A DNA stretch of 63,017 nt, counting the filler, from Platydemus manokwari (Eukaryota), in the NCBI GenBank assembly GCA_037951405.1. It is 5 parts of 5 records of this genome, joined end to end, with 100 filler letters (N's around TTAATTAATTAA, not from the genome) between each part and the next. Parts side by side here need not be neighbours in the genome. Positions count along the whole stretch, not along the records: positions 23,290 to 33,818 come from JBBMOY011126552.1; positions 33,919 to 42,849 come from JBBMOY011327428.1; 3 more parts are not named here. The stretch is one strand, 5' to 3'. Shown in pieces: positions 24,931 to 38,429 of this stretch. Made by a program: the position numbers and the translations under genes. Position 1 is the first letter of the stretch; each line of letters begins with the position of its first letter. The notes below the pieces were generated by a model. It had not been told where the DNA came from and ran no database searches. It saw only the letters and a program-made list of their open reading frames with translations.

Positions 24931-26852
24931 TTAAATATCTATTCTAAAATTACCTTCCACATCGTTAGTAAAATCATCCGCTCCACTGAAATGATCACCG
25001 AAATTTGTGGCCGATAAAAATGTAGTTGGCGATATTGTATCATGTGAGGAATATCCACAGACTTTCGGACATAGCAAATATCTTATTTGACTCCACCTGC
25101 AAAACTCGCACTTTCTGATACATATAACATATCTTAACAAAACGATTCCTAATATGATCAATGGTGGAGTAAGAGTACATAAAGTCACTATTCCAATAAT
25201 ATATATTCTTTTCGTCGGCACTAATTCACTCGTCGTATTACGAATTGGTTGAGCTAGTAAAACCTGCTTACTAGCATTTTCTAAAATATAAATTGAAAAA
25301 CTAAATATATAATTTAAATTTTGATGATCACCGAAAATGAGTGTATGGATTAATCTAAGCTATTGGTGTTGATTTTGCGAAATAATAATAATGAATAAAA
25401 TAAAATATAGTGAATAATAATAAATATAAAATATAATAAATAATGATAATATCAATATCAATAATAATAAGTAATAATAATCTATTGAGTTTTTTATGAT
25501 TTAGTATTTTGTTACTTATTTAATTATCTAACTCAAATATTTATGGTTGTAGTTAAACTACGGTAATATGAATATATGACTAAATAAATAAATAAATAAA
25601 TAATATCTAACAATAAGTATGAACAACTATAAAATATGATACAAATAACGAAGTTATAATTATTGATGGATTCTAGAATGCTAGAACAATTTAACTCGTT
25701 TTCGACTGATATCGCTTTTGAGGATAATTAGGCACTATGAGCGGCCATAACGATGAAATTTAGTGATTTTAGTTGTATATTTAATTAATTACATTTACTT
25801 TTAATTACTTATTTAGGCTGGGTCAAAGTTAAGAATGCGAAGCAATCGTGATAAAATTAAAATTAATGATGTAAAGGCCTTCTTCTAACAGACTAAAACG
25901 CATATGAATAAGAAAAATGTTACTTTATCACTTCATGGAATGTTTTGCTTGGCACAGGAGTGAAATTATTAATTGATTCCTGGTGGTAGTAAGCTTACCC
26001 ATATTTTACGAAATTTCTGTGACTTGAATTTATACTTGCAGATAATTGATTTTTTTGCTTGAAGTTGCTTATGTCTTTTTCTTATTGATTTAATTATTTT
26101 GTGGAATAGTTATTCCTTAGTTGGGGTTTTACTAGAGTGAGGTCTGCACTCAACAAATCTATATTTTTTTAAAAAACATAATTCGGAGGCAAATATTACT
26201 AACCAAAATATTATGTCTGTTTAAAATTATTTATCAAAAAACTATTGAAAATTGATGAGCGCATTTTTTAGAATTATTTATTTATTTAATTCGTTTATAA
26301 AATTTTCCTTAAACGATAACTGAAGAACAACTTGTTCATATCGGTACCATTATATTGGAAAATAAGTTAAACTTTTAATAAATGCTGATAAATCATGCTG
26401 TGTCGCTTCTGTTTAAATTGAAATTCTTCTTCAACTATCTATTTTTTTACTTAAATCCTCCTGAAATCCATTTTGGATAGAAAATTATTGAAAATGAAAT
26501 TGTAGTAATTGGATAGGATATCATATAATTTCATATTTTACTCAATAAAGGATTAAAATACATAAACATATGTTATAATTAAATTTTGACTCCATTTAAA
26601 ATATCGCTTGGTTAATATTCTTGTAGGCAAGCAATAAATTATCAAATTGTTGTCGATTTAGTACAATTATCACAATTTTACCATTTCTTGCAGTAATTTT
26701 AAAAATATTTAAGTAAATATAATAAATGAAAACATTAAAAAAAACTCACTTAATTTATAATAGGTAGGATATGCTGAAAGATTACTAATATTTGCTTCAT
26801 CTAAAATCGAGATGAAAATCCAGAAAAAGGATAAAATGGAAAGTAATTTCAT
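24931..26852 (-). CDS. Putative orphan 150-aa type I single-pass membrane glycoprotein (2 coding exons)
   Basis: Exon 26852-26750 (MKLLSILSFFWIFISILDEA..., signal-peptide-like, GTGAGT donor, phase 1) joins in frame to exon 25280-24931 (TTTTAG acceptor). The product has four N-glycosylation sequons, a hydrophobic TM segment and a Cys-rich juxtamembrane tail. Confidence 0.65.
25800..26150 (-). mobile_element. Decayed 3' fragment of an RLE-type (R4/Dong-like) non-LTR retrotransposon in the orphan gene intron
   Basis: Minus-strand translation fragments ADLTLV...KKSIICKY...FRKIW...IIISLL resemble the end of a restriction-like endonuclease domain; heavily interrupted. Confidence 0.35.
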
Positions 26853-28099
26853 CTGCCTAAAACAGATGATTCCAAACTGAACGTTTACTACATATATGTA
26901 AAATATTTTAAGATTCCATCTAGATAGTAGATTTAGGATTAATATTTTTTAATAAAAACGATTGACGATTTCATTGATAAATCAATTCTTGATTGACTAA
27001 TTGAGGATTCTTGTTAAATTAAATTATTTCAGATGGTAATTTTAAAATTCAACAAGTAATTTTTAATTTTTGTTTTGATTTCTGATCAAATTTGACTTTA
27101 AAACTCCAAATTTGGTGATCTCGAATTTTCTTGTAACTTGGAAACCAAAAGATTGACGAATTGAATTTAAAAATACGAATTAAGCTCCATTGGAATTTAT
27201 TTCTGAAGTATTTGTATATGGTAATATGATATGATCATAAATAATATTTAAGATTCATGCTTTTACATTCTCATGGATAAACAGTGAGGAAAAAGCTGCG
27301 TCTATCATTCTATTAAGAATGAGTGTTACAAAATGCTTTAATAACAATTAAGCATTGTCAGAAAAATTTGGAAAAAATGCAAAAATACGTATAAGAGAAA
27401 CGCACCATCATACTTTAAATTGAAATATAATGGGATGTCAGGAAGTATCAAGGAGGTTTTAAGGACCTTCGTTGAGCAATGTTAATGTGTCTTTATGGAA
27501 AGGGCTAACAATGCCAGAAAAATAAATGGTATAACTAACTGACTGACCTAGCTGTGTCAGATCCAGATCAGTAATATACATTCATAACTCAGACACTATT
27601 CAAGTCCTCAATGTAAATAATTCAATTGATATTAATTTCTTAAATGTCTCTATTACTCTTATTCTTGTGTATCCATTCGATATCTATTTCGATTACTTTT
27701 AGTCCTTTAAATTCTTTACTTTTAATGTATATTGTATAAAAAACTTGTCTTATCTGTATAACGTATATTTTATATTTTTGAATAACAATACAATTTATTA
27801 AAAATATTTTCACTTGTTAAGAATAATAAACATTTGAAATAGTGGATATTCAGTAATATCAAGTTCCCCACAAAAAGTTTGAAATATTTTAAACCACTGG
27901 AGATCACGTAATATAACTAAATTCACTAAAACTAGAAATTTACCAATAATTAGAAAAAATCTTTCGCGAAATTAATTAATTATATCATCATTGGTTTAAA
28001 GGAAATTTGACTAGTAAAGATTACATAAGTTACATCAATTATGCTTTTGCAAGTGGTCTATGCTTTATAAATTTGTTGTCCTCTGACAACAGAAATGAC

Positions 28100-30770
28100 T
28101 TTATGAGTATTCCTACAACGATGACGAACCTAGTCATTCCCATAGTCCTAGGAGAAACTCCAACAAGAAGAATTTAAAAAATTTTAACTGTCTAGAAAAA
28201 ACTAAGAATACTGGTCAATGAAGACAACCCGAATAGTAAAGCACTAATGACAAGTACTTCAAGAACATAGATGACAAAAAGCTAACAGGAGATCAAAACC
28301 CCTTCGATCTAGGGATGCCAAAACTACAAGAATGGTTACAGACAAATAAACCGGTTGGTCAGAGTTTTTGATAAATACTTATCTAATTATTCTATTGAAA
28401 AATATCGATGGATACTCCAATATAGAGAACAGACAATACCATGCCAATGTAAGATCGTTCTATGCAAATGTTGAGAAATATGTAAACTGGAAAGATGGCA
28501 ATAGCAAAGAGGCTCCAAGCACACGGTGTTCAAGAGATAACAGGTACAAATTGAGTTTAAAATAGAAAGCAATACAAACTCATTACCTACTGACCATACA
28601 AGAAAAATGGAAGAAAAATTGATATGCATTCCAAGGAAAAACGACGACTCCTCATTTTTACTATTATTAAGTACTATTAACATTGACATCAAATAACTAA
28701 AATTTGAACAAAATCTCACAATAACTTTAGATAAATTCAGAAAAATTCTTGGAGGAAAGGAAAAATAGAGGATAGTTACAAACATACATGAAAGCAAGTG
28801 TTAATGGTACTAACTGTAATAATGACCCGGTATTAAAGAATAAAGACGTAGTAATAAGGATAATCTTCATGATTACCAATAAAAATATAGAAATCTGAAA
28901 AGATATCTATCGGGCAACGTTAGATAATAATAAATGAATTAAAATGGATAATAAAAACCCATACAATGTTTTAATCTTGACAATGGCGACTTTGGGCCAA
29001 ACAAAGTTTTGAAAACGAAAATTAGCACGAATCCTCAAACCAAAGAATCACCTGAACCAGGATATCCTCAGCCTAAATACAAACTAAAGAAAGAAACTTA
29101 GAAATGATTAGCTAAGCTACTCAAACAGAGATGCCTTTTGTAGTTCTGGACAGTTCGATCAATACACTCAGCTCACTTTTCACTGAAAGATCCATTAAAA
29201 TCAATACGGCCACATCTTCTTTTTCGTCATGGTGGATCGATAATGTGAAAGTATTGGATAAATTCACTCTTCTTCCAACAGCAAATCGTAGGTTTTAATA
29301 GGAAAGATTTGAATTAGAGAACAAAAAGATGAATAGATTATAGATGGTGGATTATACAAGAAAGGAACCTCAAAGCTTTGCAAATCAAGAGGAAATAGTA
29401 AGCCTAATAAGTAAAGAAACCATAGCGTCGACACTAAAGAACTTAAATACGAAATAATCCTTGTCAACTAGCCCACCTCAAAACTGTTAAAGAGTCAGAA
29501 GCACCCAATATCTTGTAAAACGAGCTTCACGAAATCTGGCTTTTGATGGGATCTAACTAGGGCCTCATTTGGAGAGAACAGAAGGGCTTCAGTGTGATAT
29601 AGTGAATGGTTTTTCAGATAAATATAGGTCAACACATTTTAAGTTAAATGATTACCTGTTCATCAGTTACTATGTTACATAATTAGTTACAAATGAAGTC
29701 GATCTCATTGAAGTAGATGTTAAGTCCACGTGGCTTACATTGTGTAAAATATTAACTTACGAAACCAACATTAGGTACTAGGCCCCATTTCGAAGAGGCA
29801 TATTTAGCCCACTGAATAGTGAATAATTCTTACATGAAGCTGAAACAAGCTGAAGTGTGAAACATTAGATGAAATGTTTAGCTAATACTGCATCAGCACA
29901 ATCAAATCACCAAGTAACTCATATTTTGTTAGGGCTTAATGAGGAAAAAGGGGAAACTGTTCTGGAACTAAGAATACTGTTTAACCACTCTCCACCTGGT
30001 ATCTTTGAATTAGCCTGCCAATACACTGTCCACCTACTGAAAAAAGACTTCTAAACACATTTCGAGGAAAAACAGAAGCATAAAAAAAATTTCTTAATGC
30101 GAAAGATCGTACAAGAGAGCATGTAAAAATTATTGCACACTAATACAAATTTTAAGTTTATACTGAATCTTGAAAGTCAGGTAAAAACTACCACATATGT
30201 CGCTTAACAACCGTGCACCAAATGAAGAGACAGGTTTAGAGAAATTTAACTTTGTCATTTTAAATATATCAACGCAAGTTCAATGTCCAAATTGTCCGAT
30301 ATCAATAATTGAAATTACTTTGTGAAATCATATCCCTTGAAAGTTTTTGTTCTATTGTCTAAATCACGATCCGATAAGATACAGGTCCAAATCCCGTCTG
30401 TGAATGTTCCGGTAATTTTGTATATGTTCTTCACTCTTCCTGCTATCGATAATAATCATAGATTTCACTACAAATTTTCCCCGTAAAGTCGTGGCAAGAG
30501 TTGACTTATTTTAAGAAAAAATTTGCTGTATGCAAGTTTTCCTGGTAAACTTTGAATTGCCCTAGACTTTTGTCGTCGGAGACTTGTTCGATAACTTTTT
30601 ATGATAAAACTGTGCTGAAGATGGCTGCTTATATAGTAATTCCAGAGCTTTACTTGTATGGTAACAAATTTCAAATTTGCTTGTCCTTGCATTCGATTTC
30701 TGTGGACAAAAAATTGTAATTCTTGGTTTCCGCTTCTCTGCTGATTGGCTTGTCTCAAACAAAGCCTAAT
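28100..30770. mobile_element. Decayed retroelement-like coding fragments (gag-like); family unresolved
   Basis: A-rich fragmented ORFs on + (about 28100-29560 and 29870-30270) and on - (about 30270-30770), without host-gene motifs or splice structure. Confidence 0.35.
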
Positions 30771-30929
30771 TAAGTTGGATAGTCGAGAAAAAAGTCAAAT
30801 TAAGAAAATTAGAAAAATTTCAAATTATCAAAAAGGTTTGTAATTTTGGTTATTTATTTTACATAGGGACTCCACAAAGCAAGCGTCCGAGAAAAATTAA
30901 AATGAATAATAAAGTTTAAGAAAAAAATC

Positions 30930-31590
30930 AAAGCAAAAATTAAAATACAATTTGAGTTAATATAATTACTGGATAGAAAATTAATTTCTAATGAATTCTT
31001 GACTAAAGTTAAGAAAAATGGTCCTAAAATAAAATGTTAAATTTGTTGAGTGTATTGTAAAAATCTATATAGTTTATTTAATTATATTCTTTAAAAACAT
31101 TTTGAATTTTTTATTTGAGTTCTTAAGAAGAATTTAAGTTGTTTGAAATAAAATATTAAATATACTATAGTTTTAAAATCTTCTAAAATTTGATTATTTG
31201 ATAAACCGATCTAATTAGATCAAATTCCAATTTATTGAAAATGGGCGAGACCCCTTTTCTTAATATTTGAACCAAACTTCTAACTTTTACAATTACTTGA
31301 TAAAACAAGTAACACTGGTCTATTAAATATGCCCGAAGTTTCTTAAGTTCATGTACAATCAAATAAATTTAAATTTATAAAAGCAAAATATCATGTAAAA
31401 ATAGGAAACTGGTTTAAAAACTTTGTTTTATGCCTATTAGACATCCTAAAAAGTAATGTATTAAGTGAATTATATGAATAAATCAAACATTGTAATTGTA
31501 TATTAAATTAAGTTATAAAATTCCCTTATGAACGAAAATTCATCATTACGAAAATAGGTTAAAGGACCCCTTTTCTTAGCTTTAGCTGAA
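30930..31590 (-). repeat. Inverted copy of the 23300-24660 repeat family
   Basis: The reverse complement contains TGTTTGATTTATTC..ATAATTCA, TTTTCAATAAATTG and ATTTTATTTTAGGACC, shared with the left copy and in the same order. Confidence 0.7.
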
Positions 31591-33818
31591 TATAATTATA
31601 AAGATATCGCCATGATTTTAAATTACTCGTCAAGCAACTAATTGAGATAAACAATTAACTTTTGCAGGAAATAGATTGCATAGAACTCGATGAATGGTAG
31701 AAAAAGAGTACATTTATACTCGAATTTATAAGTCTTAGCTTACTTAATCTGGTTTATATTAGTGTAGAGATATTTTGAAATATATAAATTCTAAAATAAC
31801 TGCGCAGTAGATAGGCCACTCATTTGATATTAAAGAATAAATTACTCATACAAAGGTACTGTCAAGCGAGTGATAGAACGAGACTATAAGACTTTTATTG
31901 GATTATTCTTACGAGTATTGACATTGATACTAAAAGTAATAATTGTGAATAGGGTCAATCACTTTATTTGTATTATTTCATTCAAATTAATCCAAAATCT
32001 TCAATAAAACTGAAGCGCATAATAATTCATATTAAAAAAATACTTTAAGTTAATTAAAATAGATTATTTAGAGAACAAATAATAAAAGCCAAATAAAATT
32101 TTTATTATTTATATTTGATAATATTTATTTTTAATAATATTTCAATTTTACATCACATAATACAATAAGCTAAATAAGGCAATAATGGCTGAAAGCTCAT
32201 GGAATAACAATAATTTAAACTCGAATGCATTCGCTTGATTTCGATCTGAAAATAAAACCAAAACTGTCATTTTGTGATCAAATCGTCAACACATCAATTT
32301 TTATAGCAACGATAATTGATCGAAATTAAGTAACAATTTATAAAAATAATACAATACTTACAATTTGTAAGTAAATAAAGAATAAGCATATACAAAAGAA
32401 ATATTTAATTGGATCAGAAAAACTAATAAAATGTTAAGAGTTGTCTATTTTAAATTTATTTTTACTTTTCAATGCTTAATTAAATTATTATTGAAAAAAT
32501 ATTTTCATTTAAATCAATAAAATTTCAACATATCAAGTTTAGTTCAAATAAAATATATTAAAAAAGAATAAAAATTTTTTAAAAATGCTACAACTTAATC
32601 TTTTTGCTTGTAAATTTTTATTATATACGAATGGAAGCCTAATAGAATTTCAGTATATATTCCAAAAAAAACACAAAACAAGTCTGATATTTTGTAAAGA
32701 ACACCGAATGTTACAACCCTATAGTTTTAAATAGATAGTAATTGTTAGATATTTAAAAATAATAAATGAACTGTTTTTATTAATTTATCACAGAAAATTC
32801 TCACCTGCTTTTGCATCTTGATCCAGTTCTGTGATGCTGGAAATAAATGATTGTTGATTCTGTGATTACTGGTTTTTTGCGATAAGCTAATGTGGAATCT
32901 AGGTTACATCTGGGTAAGCAAGGTAAATAACTTTGCTTCACTGTTCCTCGAAATGCCGCTTGTTTTCGTAGCTGGTGATTTAAATAAAGAACAATTTTAA
33001 CAATCCAATACAGATCATCAAAAAAGAAATAATAAAATACGCTCATTTCGTTAAAATTTATGTTTGGCTTTCTTTAAGAACAGAATTTTTGTTGATAATC
33101 AGATAATGTTTCATATAATCAGAAATGTTGCTTCATAGATCATAGTTAAACAAAATTATGTGCTTCCGAATTTTTGAATTTCTTCGTCTCACCCATGTTT
33201 AATGATCATGATTAATGGATATTTTACATGAAACTGAATGAATATGAGATTTTGTTTACAAAGTACAACATATAACAACACTTTGTACCAACTTCTGGTT
33301 GAAATTTAAAGTCCTCTTCGTAACGTGATATAACACAGGTTAAAGGATCACTTTAATTATTCGAAATTTGTCATGGCATTCTTTTTTGAAGAATTTCCAT
33401 GTACATGTCATTTATCCTTATTATTTATTGAGCATCTGTGAATCATAATATTTGTCAGAACTATTTCGATAAGGTTTTTAATATTATCTAATTTATAAAG
33501 AATTTGGCCAAGTAAATTATAAGAAACCCTAAATTTCATTATAGATAATAACAAAGAAAATCTTCAGATGAGTTTAGTTTCAATTTCTTGTACACAATTC
33601 ATAATGACGACAATCAAATTACAGATGACCAACTAAATAGATGCTATAAATATATTTTTTAAAAATGCCGAAAATTTAATGTCATATTCTGCGAAAGTTT
33701 GTGGAAATTTTGAAATAAACTATTCTTATTGAAAACAAATCAACGAAACACTTACAAATACAGAGTAATACAATAATAATTATTAATATTACCATTGTAG
33801 TTACAAATCTATTACAAC

Positions 33819-33918
33819 NNNNNNNNNNNNNNNNNNNNNNNNNNNNNNNNNNNNNNNNNNNNTTAATTAATTAANNNNNNNNNNNNNNNNNNNNNNNNNN
33901 NNNNNNNNNNNNNNNNNN
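33819..33918. other. Artificial contig-joining spacer N44-TTAATTAATTAA-N44
   Basis: Same 100-nt spacer. Confidence 0.95.
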
Positions 33919-35125
33919 TTATTTGTTTTCATTATTTCATTTTATTATCATTCTTTTGTGAAAAATGGAGACATTTTATTACAAAATAAAAGCCATTATA
34001 TTGCCAAATATTATGATTTATTACAAACTGCAACCTTAATTTGAATTCAAATTGGGAAAATAACCCATGGTATAGGATATTTTAAAATTGTAATCTTCAC
34101 TTTTATTAAACTCCAACAATTGTAAAAACAGATCGTAAACTGCTGAATTTCAAACTAATTATTGAATTGAATCGAATTAGCTGAATGCTTCCGAATTTCT
34201 CTTCTTATTCATAGTAGTGATTTATGTTTAAATCACATATTCTAATATTTTGAATCGCATTTGTATGTATTTCGCGGTTGACTATTGACTTGTTCATTAG
34301 AATTTCACTTTTGAGTTTTTATTGATATACAGATTTATAGTTATTTGGATAACAATGGATAGCTGATGCAATTCTTGATTATTTTTTCATATATTTTATT
34401 ACTACATTTATTGATTCATATTCTACCTTATACATTGACTTTTGAAAATTTGTGTTGTATTATGCAAGTGCTTATCTAAATTACAGTATATAAATGTTGT
34501 CATATAAAAAATTGAGTTTTATCGTCTAATTTTCAATTTAAAATTATTTATTTCATTTTCTTTCAATTTATTAATTTTTATTTTTTGTTAATTAAAAGAT
34601 ACGGAAAATAAATCATTTTAAGAAACGAGTCACAAGACCATTTCAAGTATTATTCTAGCTGTACTTTAATGTCTTCTTCAACAAAGAAAAATACGAATTT
34701 TAATGTATTTTCAAATAGTTGTTGTAAATTGTGATACTTATTTAATAATAAACAATCAGTGATAAAATCGAGCTACAAACAAATATAATTTGTTTTGTGA
34801 TTAATAATAAACACTTAGCTATTTTTTCAATATTAGGGTAAAGAACATCATGTACATTTGCAGAGTATTTATAAGATAGAAACAAGTGTTCATAAAAACT
34901 TTAATAATTATAAATAGAAATTAATGTTAAAAAATTTTATTAATAAATTTAATTAAATAATCTATATAAATTTTTGCAATACAATTCACAATTTTAAGAT
35001 TTTATTTTAGGAGCCTTTTTTTTAACTTTAGTTGGAAATTGAAATATTTACTGTAAAATTATTAAGCATTTGTAAAATAGTGAGGGATTTGTTTAAATAT
35101 CTAGATTGTATTTCAAAAATAATTT

Positions 35126-37656
35126 ATGGCACATTATTTAGTATGACAATTTTTATTAACAATTTATATTCTAATTATTACATTTAGAATTATGCTGATG
35201 TACCATATGAGGAAGACTTACTTAGAAATCCATATTCTGTAAAATCATGGCTTAGATACATTGATTTTAAAAATCATACTAAAACTAACGATAATGAAGT
35301 TAAATTACTTTACGAAAGGTCATTGAAACAACTGCCTGGAAGTTATAAATTGTGGTATAATTATCTTAAAATGGTTAGGACGAACACAAAAAAGTTTTGT
35401 CCTTCTAATTCATTATATGATGAAGCTAATGATGCTCACGAACGGGCATTAATACATATGCATAAAATGCCGCGAATTTGGATTGATTATTTATCATTTA
35501 TAAAATTTCAGGGCTTTATAACTAAATTTAGAAGAACTTTTGATCGTTGTTTAAGATCATTACCATCAACTCAACATAAACGAATTTGGGTTATCGGTTT
35601 GGAATTTATTACATTACATTGCAATATAGTACCCGAAACAGCACTTCGCATGTATCGACGATATGTCGAACTGGCTCCTGAAGAAACGGAAGATTTCGTC
35701 GATTTTTTAATTGAACAAAAACGAATGGACGAAGCTTCCCAAAAGCTAGTGGAAATATTGAAAAATGATTTGTTTTCAAGCAAATATGGTAAAACTAAAT
35801 TTGAACTTTGGCAGAAGTTATGTGAGATAATTACTAAAAATCCAAACGATATCCATTCGGTTAATGTCGACGTTATTCTTCGACAAGGTATTAGTCGTTA
35901 CAAAGATCAAGTTGGCGTTCTGTGGAATAATTTGGCCGATTATTATATTCGCAGTAACAATCTGGAACATGCCAAAGATATTTACGATGAAGCCATGACA
36001 TGTGTGGAGACGGTTGCTGATTTTAAATTAATTTTCGATGCGTACAGTGATTTTTATTCGACAATCATCAAACGAAAAATTGAATTATTGATGAAAGAAT
36101 TCGATGAAAAAATGGAACAACATTTAAACAATGAAACCGACAGATATGAGGATCTGATCAATCGACGAGCTTTATTGATTAACAGTGTTCATTTGAAACA
36201 AAATCCTCACAATGTTTCCCATTGGTTGGAACGAGTAAAATTGTACGAAGATTCCGGCCCGAAAGCACAATTCGAAACGTTCAAAGAAGCCATTGCCAAA
36301 ATCGAAATCGATAAAGTGACCGGCGGTCGAATCAGTCAAATCTGGAAAGAGATGGCCTGGTTGTATTTGAAGTACGACAAAATCGCCGATGCTCGACAGG
36401 TGTTCAATGAAGCAGTCAAACAACCTTTCGATAAAGTGGAAGATCTGGCCGACATCTATTGTGCTCGATGTGAAATGGAAATCAAATTGGACAATATCGA
36501 AGAAGCGATTAAAATCCTACAAATCGCCACTGTCTTGCCAGGCAAAAAGATCAACTACCAAGACAAAACGTTACCAGCCCAGAAACGGATCCATAAATCA
36601 TTGAAGATCTGGTCGTTGTATGTGGATCTGATTGCATGTGTGAGATCGATTAAAGATGTGATCGAAGTGTATGATACGATCATTGATCTCAATATCTGTA
36701 CACCAAATATCATTCTCAATTATGCCTATTATTTGGAAGCCAACAATTATTTCGAACAAGCATTCAACGTCTATCAAAAGGGTGTGTCGATCTTCAAATG
36801 GCCAATCGTGTATGATATCTGGTTGAATTACATCCGTAAATTCATCCAACGGTACGAGAGCAAACATTTCGAACGCGGCAACGAATTGTTTTCGTCGTGT
36901 TTGGAAAATTGTCCACCGGATTATTCGACGGAATTCTATTTGATGTATGGCAAATACGTCGAGGATTTTGGTTGGTCGAAAAAGGCATTGCAAATCTACG
37001 AGAAAGCTGCTATGTGTGCCAAACCGGCCAATCAGTACGATTTGTTTTTGTTGTACATTGAAAAGGTGAAACATTTCTGTGGCATCGCTGCTACGCGACC
37101 GATCTATGAATTGGCCATTGAACATTTGTCGGATAATGATACGAAAAAGATGTGCATTCGATTTGCGGAAATGGAAACGCAATTGGGCGAAGTCGATCGA
37201 GCGAGAACGATTTACAGTCATTGTTCACAATTCTGTGATCCACGCATCACTGAACAGGAGTTCTGGATGAAATGGATGGATTTCGAGACAAAATTTGGCA
37301 ATACGGAAAATTTGGCCAACATGAATCTCGTCAAACGATCGGTGGAAGCCAAATACAACACGCATCAAAACTTGATTAATGTTCATCTGAATAAATCGTC
37401 GAAAACTGGCGCAATATCAGAAGACAGCATGCAGAATTTGGAAGCCAATTTGCAGAAAGTGCCAAATCCGATTGCTTTTGTCAGCGGTGGAAGCACTGTG
37501 ACGCAGAATCCAAATGAAAATCCAGAAGCCATGGATTTGGATATGGATGATGAATATTCGGATGATGGTGATGATGATGATGATGATGAAGATCATGAAT
37601 TGCCGAAAGAAATTCCAGTTCCAGAAGAAATTTATGGAAGTCTTTTGAAAAATTGA
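35126..37656 (+). CDS. XAB2: Pre-mRNA-splicing factor SYF1/XAB2 (HAT repeats), 827 aa model
   Basis: Mini-exon 35126-35140 (MAHYL), a 47-bp intron, then a single exon 35188-37656. Motifs PYEEDLLRNPYSVKSW, LPGSYKLW, HKMPRIW, LKQNPHNV, LGEVDRAR, SQFCDPR and an acidic C-terminal tail. Confidence 0.96.
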
Positions 37657-38429
37657 TTATTTTTTTTATTAAATACATGTATGTTGAATTTGATTTCTAA
37701 AATGATTTCTTTGACGGGAAATACAGAATTTGAAAAAATTAAGATTTTGAAATTAGAAATGGCTTTAATTCTTGATGCTAGAATCCATATTAGTTTCACC
37801 GACCTAATCAACAAACTTTATCTTTGAATTTCTCAGAAACACTAAAGATCATATAATCAGTGTCAGCTCCGTTTATAATTGGATATTAAAACCCTATAAA
37901 GATTTGAGCTGTATTATTATTAGTCAAAGATTTTAATTGTACAACCGACTCCAAAACTTGAATGTAAATAAAATTATAAACGAATTGAATTTATAACAAT
38001 AAAATAAATATCTGAATAAAGTATAATTTGGCAAATAATCAATACAATTTTGAATCAAATACAATTGATGTTAAATATAACAATCAATAAAATAACTAGA
38101 CTTTATTAAGGGTTTTACTTAATTCTCGATTGTTAGATTCTATCGAGATAAAATTTGTAATTTTAATCGACCTCTTTTGGCTAAGCCCTCAAGTTAATTT
38201 ATTGGTGGTTAGCACTAATGTCACTTGTAACCACTAGACTTGATTTGCGTTCCTGATTTTAGTAATTTAAATATTGATTTTAATTTATAGGTGAATTAGG
38301 TTCGGGTTAGAGATATACCTACGTTTGTATCGTTATAAAAATTTATGTAAGAGTATAAATTAATTCTTAAAAGGTTTTACAATACAAATATAAACTTACG
38401 GCTTTTTTGTTATTTAGATCCTGAGAGAA

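Noticed and set aside
32790-33420. Fragmented minus-strand coding-like region
   Set aside because: Multiple stops and no recognisable domain; likely an old TE remnant that cannot be classified by eye.
36598-37221. 207-aa antisense ORF and other short ORFs overlapping XAB2
   Set aside because: Shadow ORFs caused by XAB2 codon bias; no recognisable motifs.
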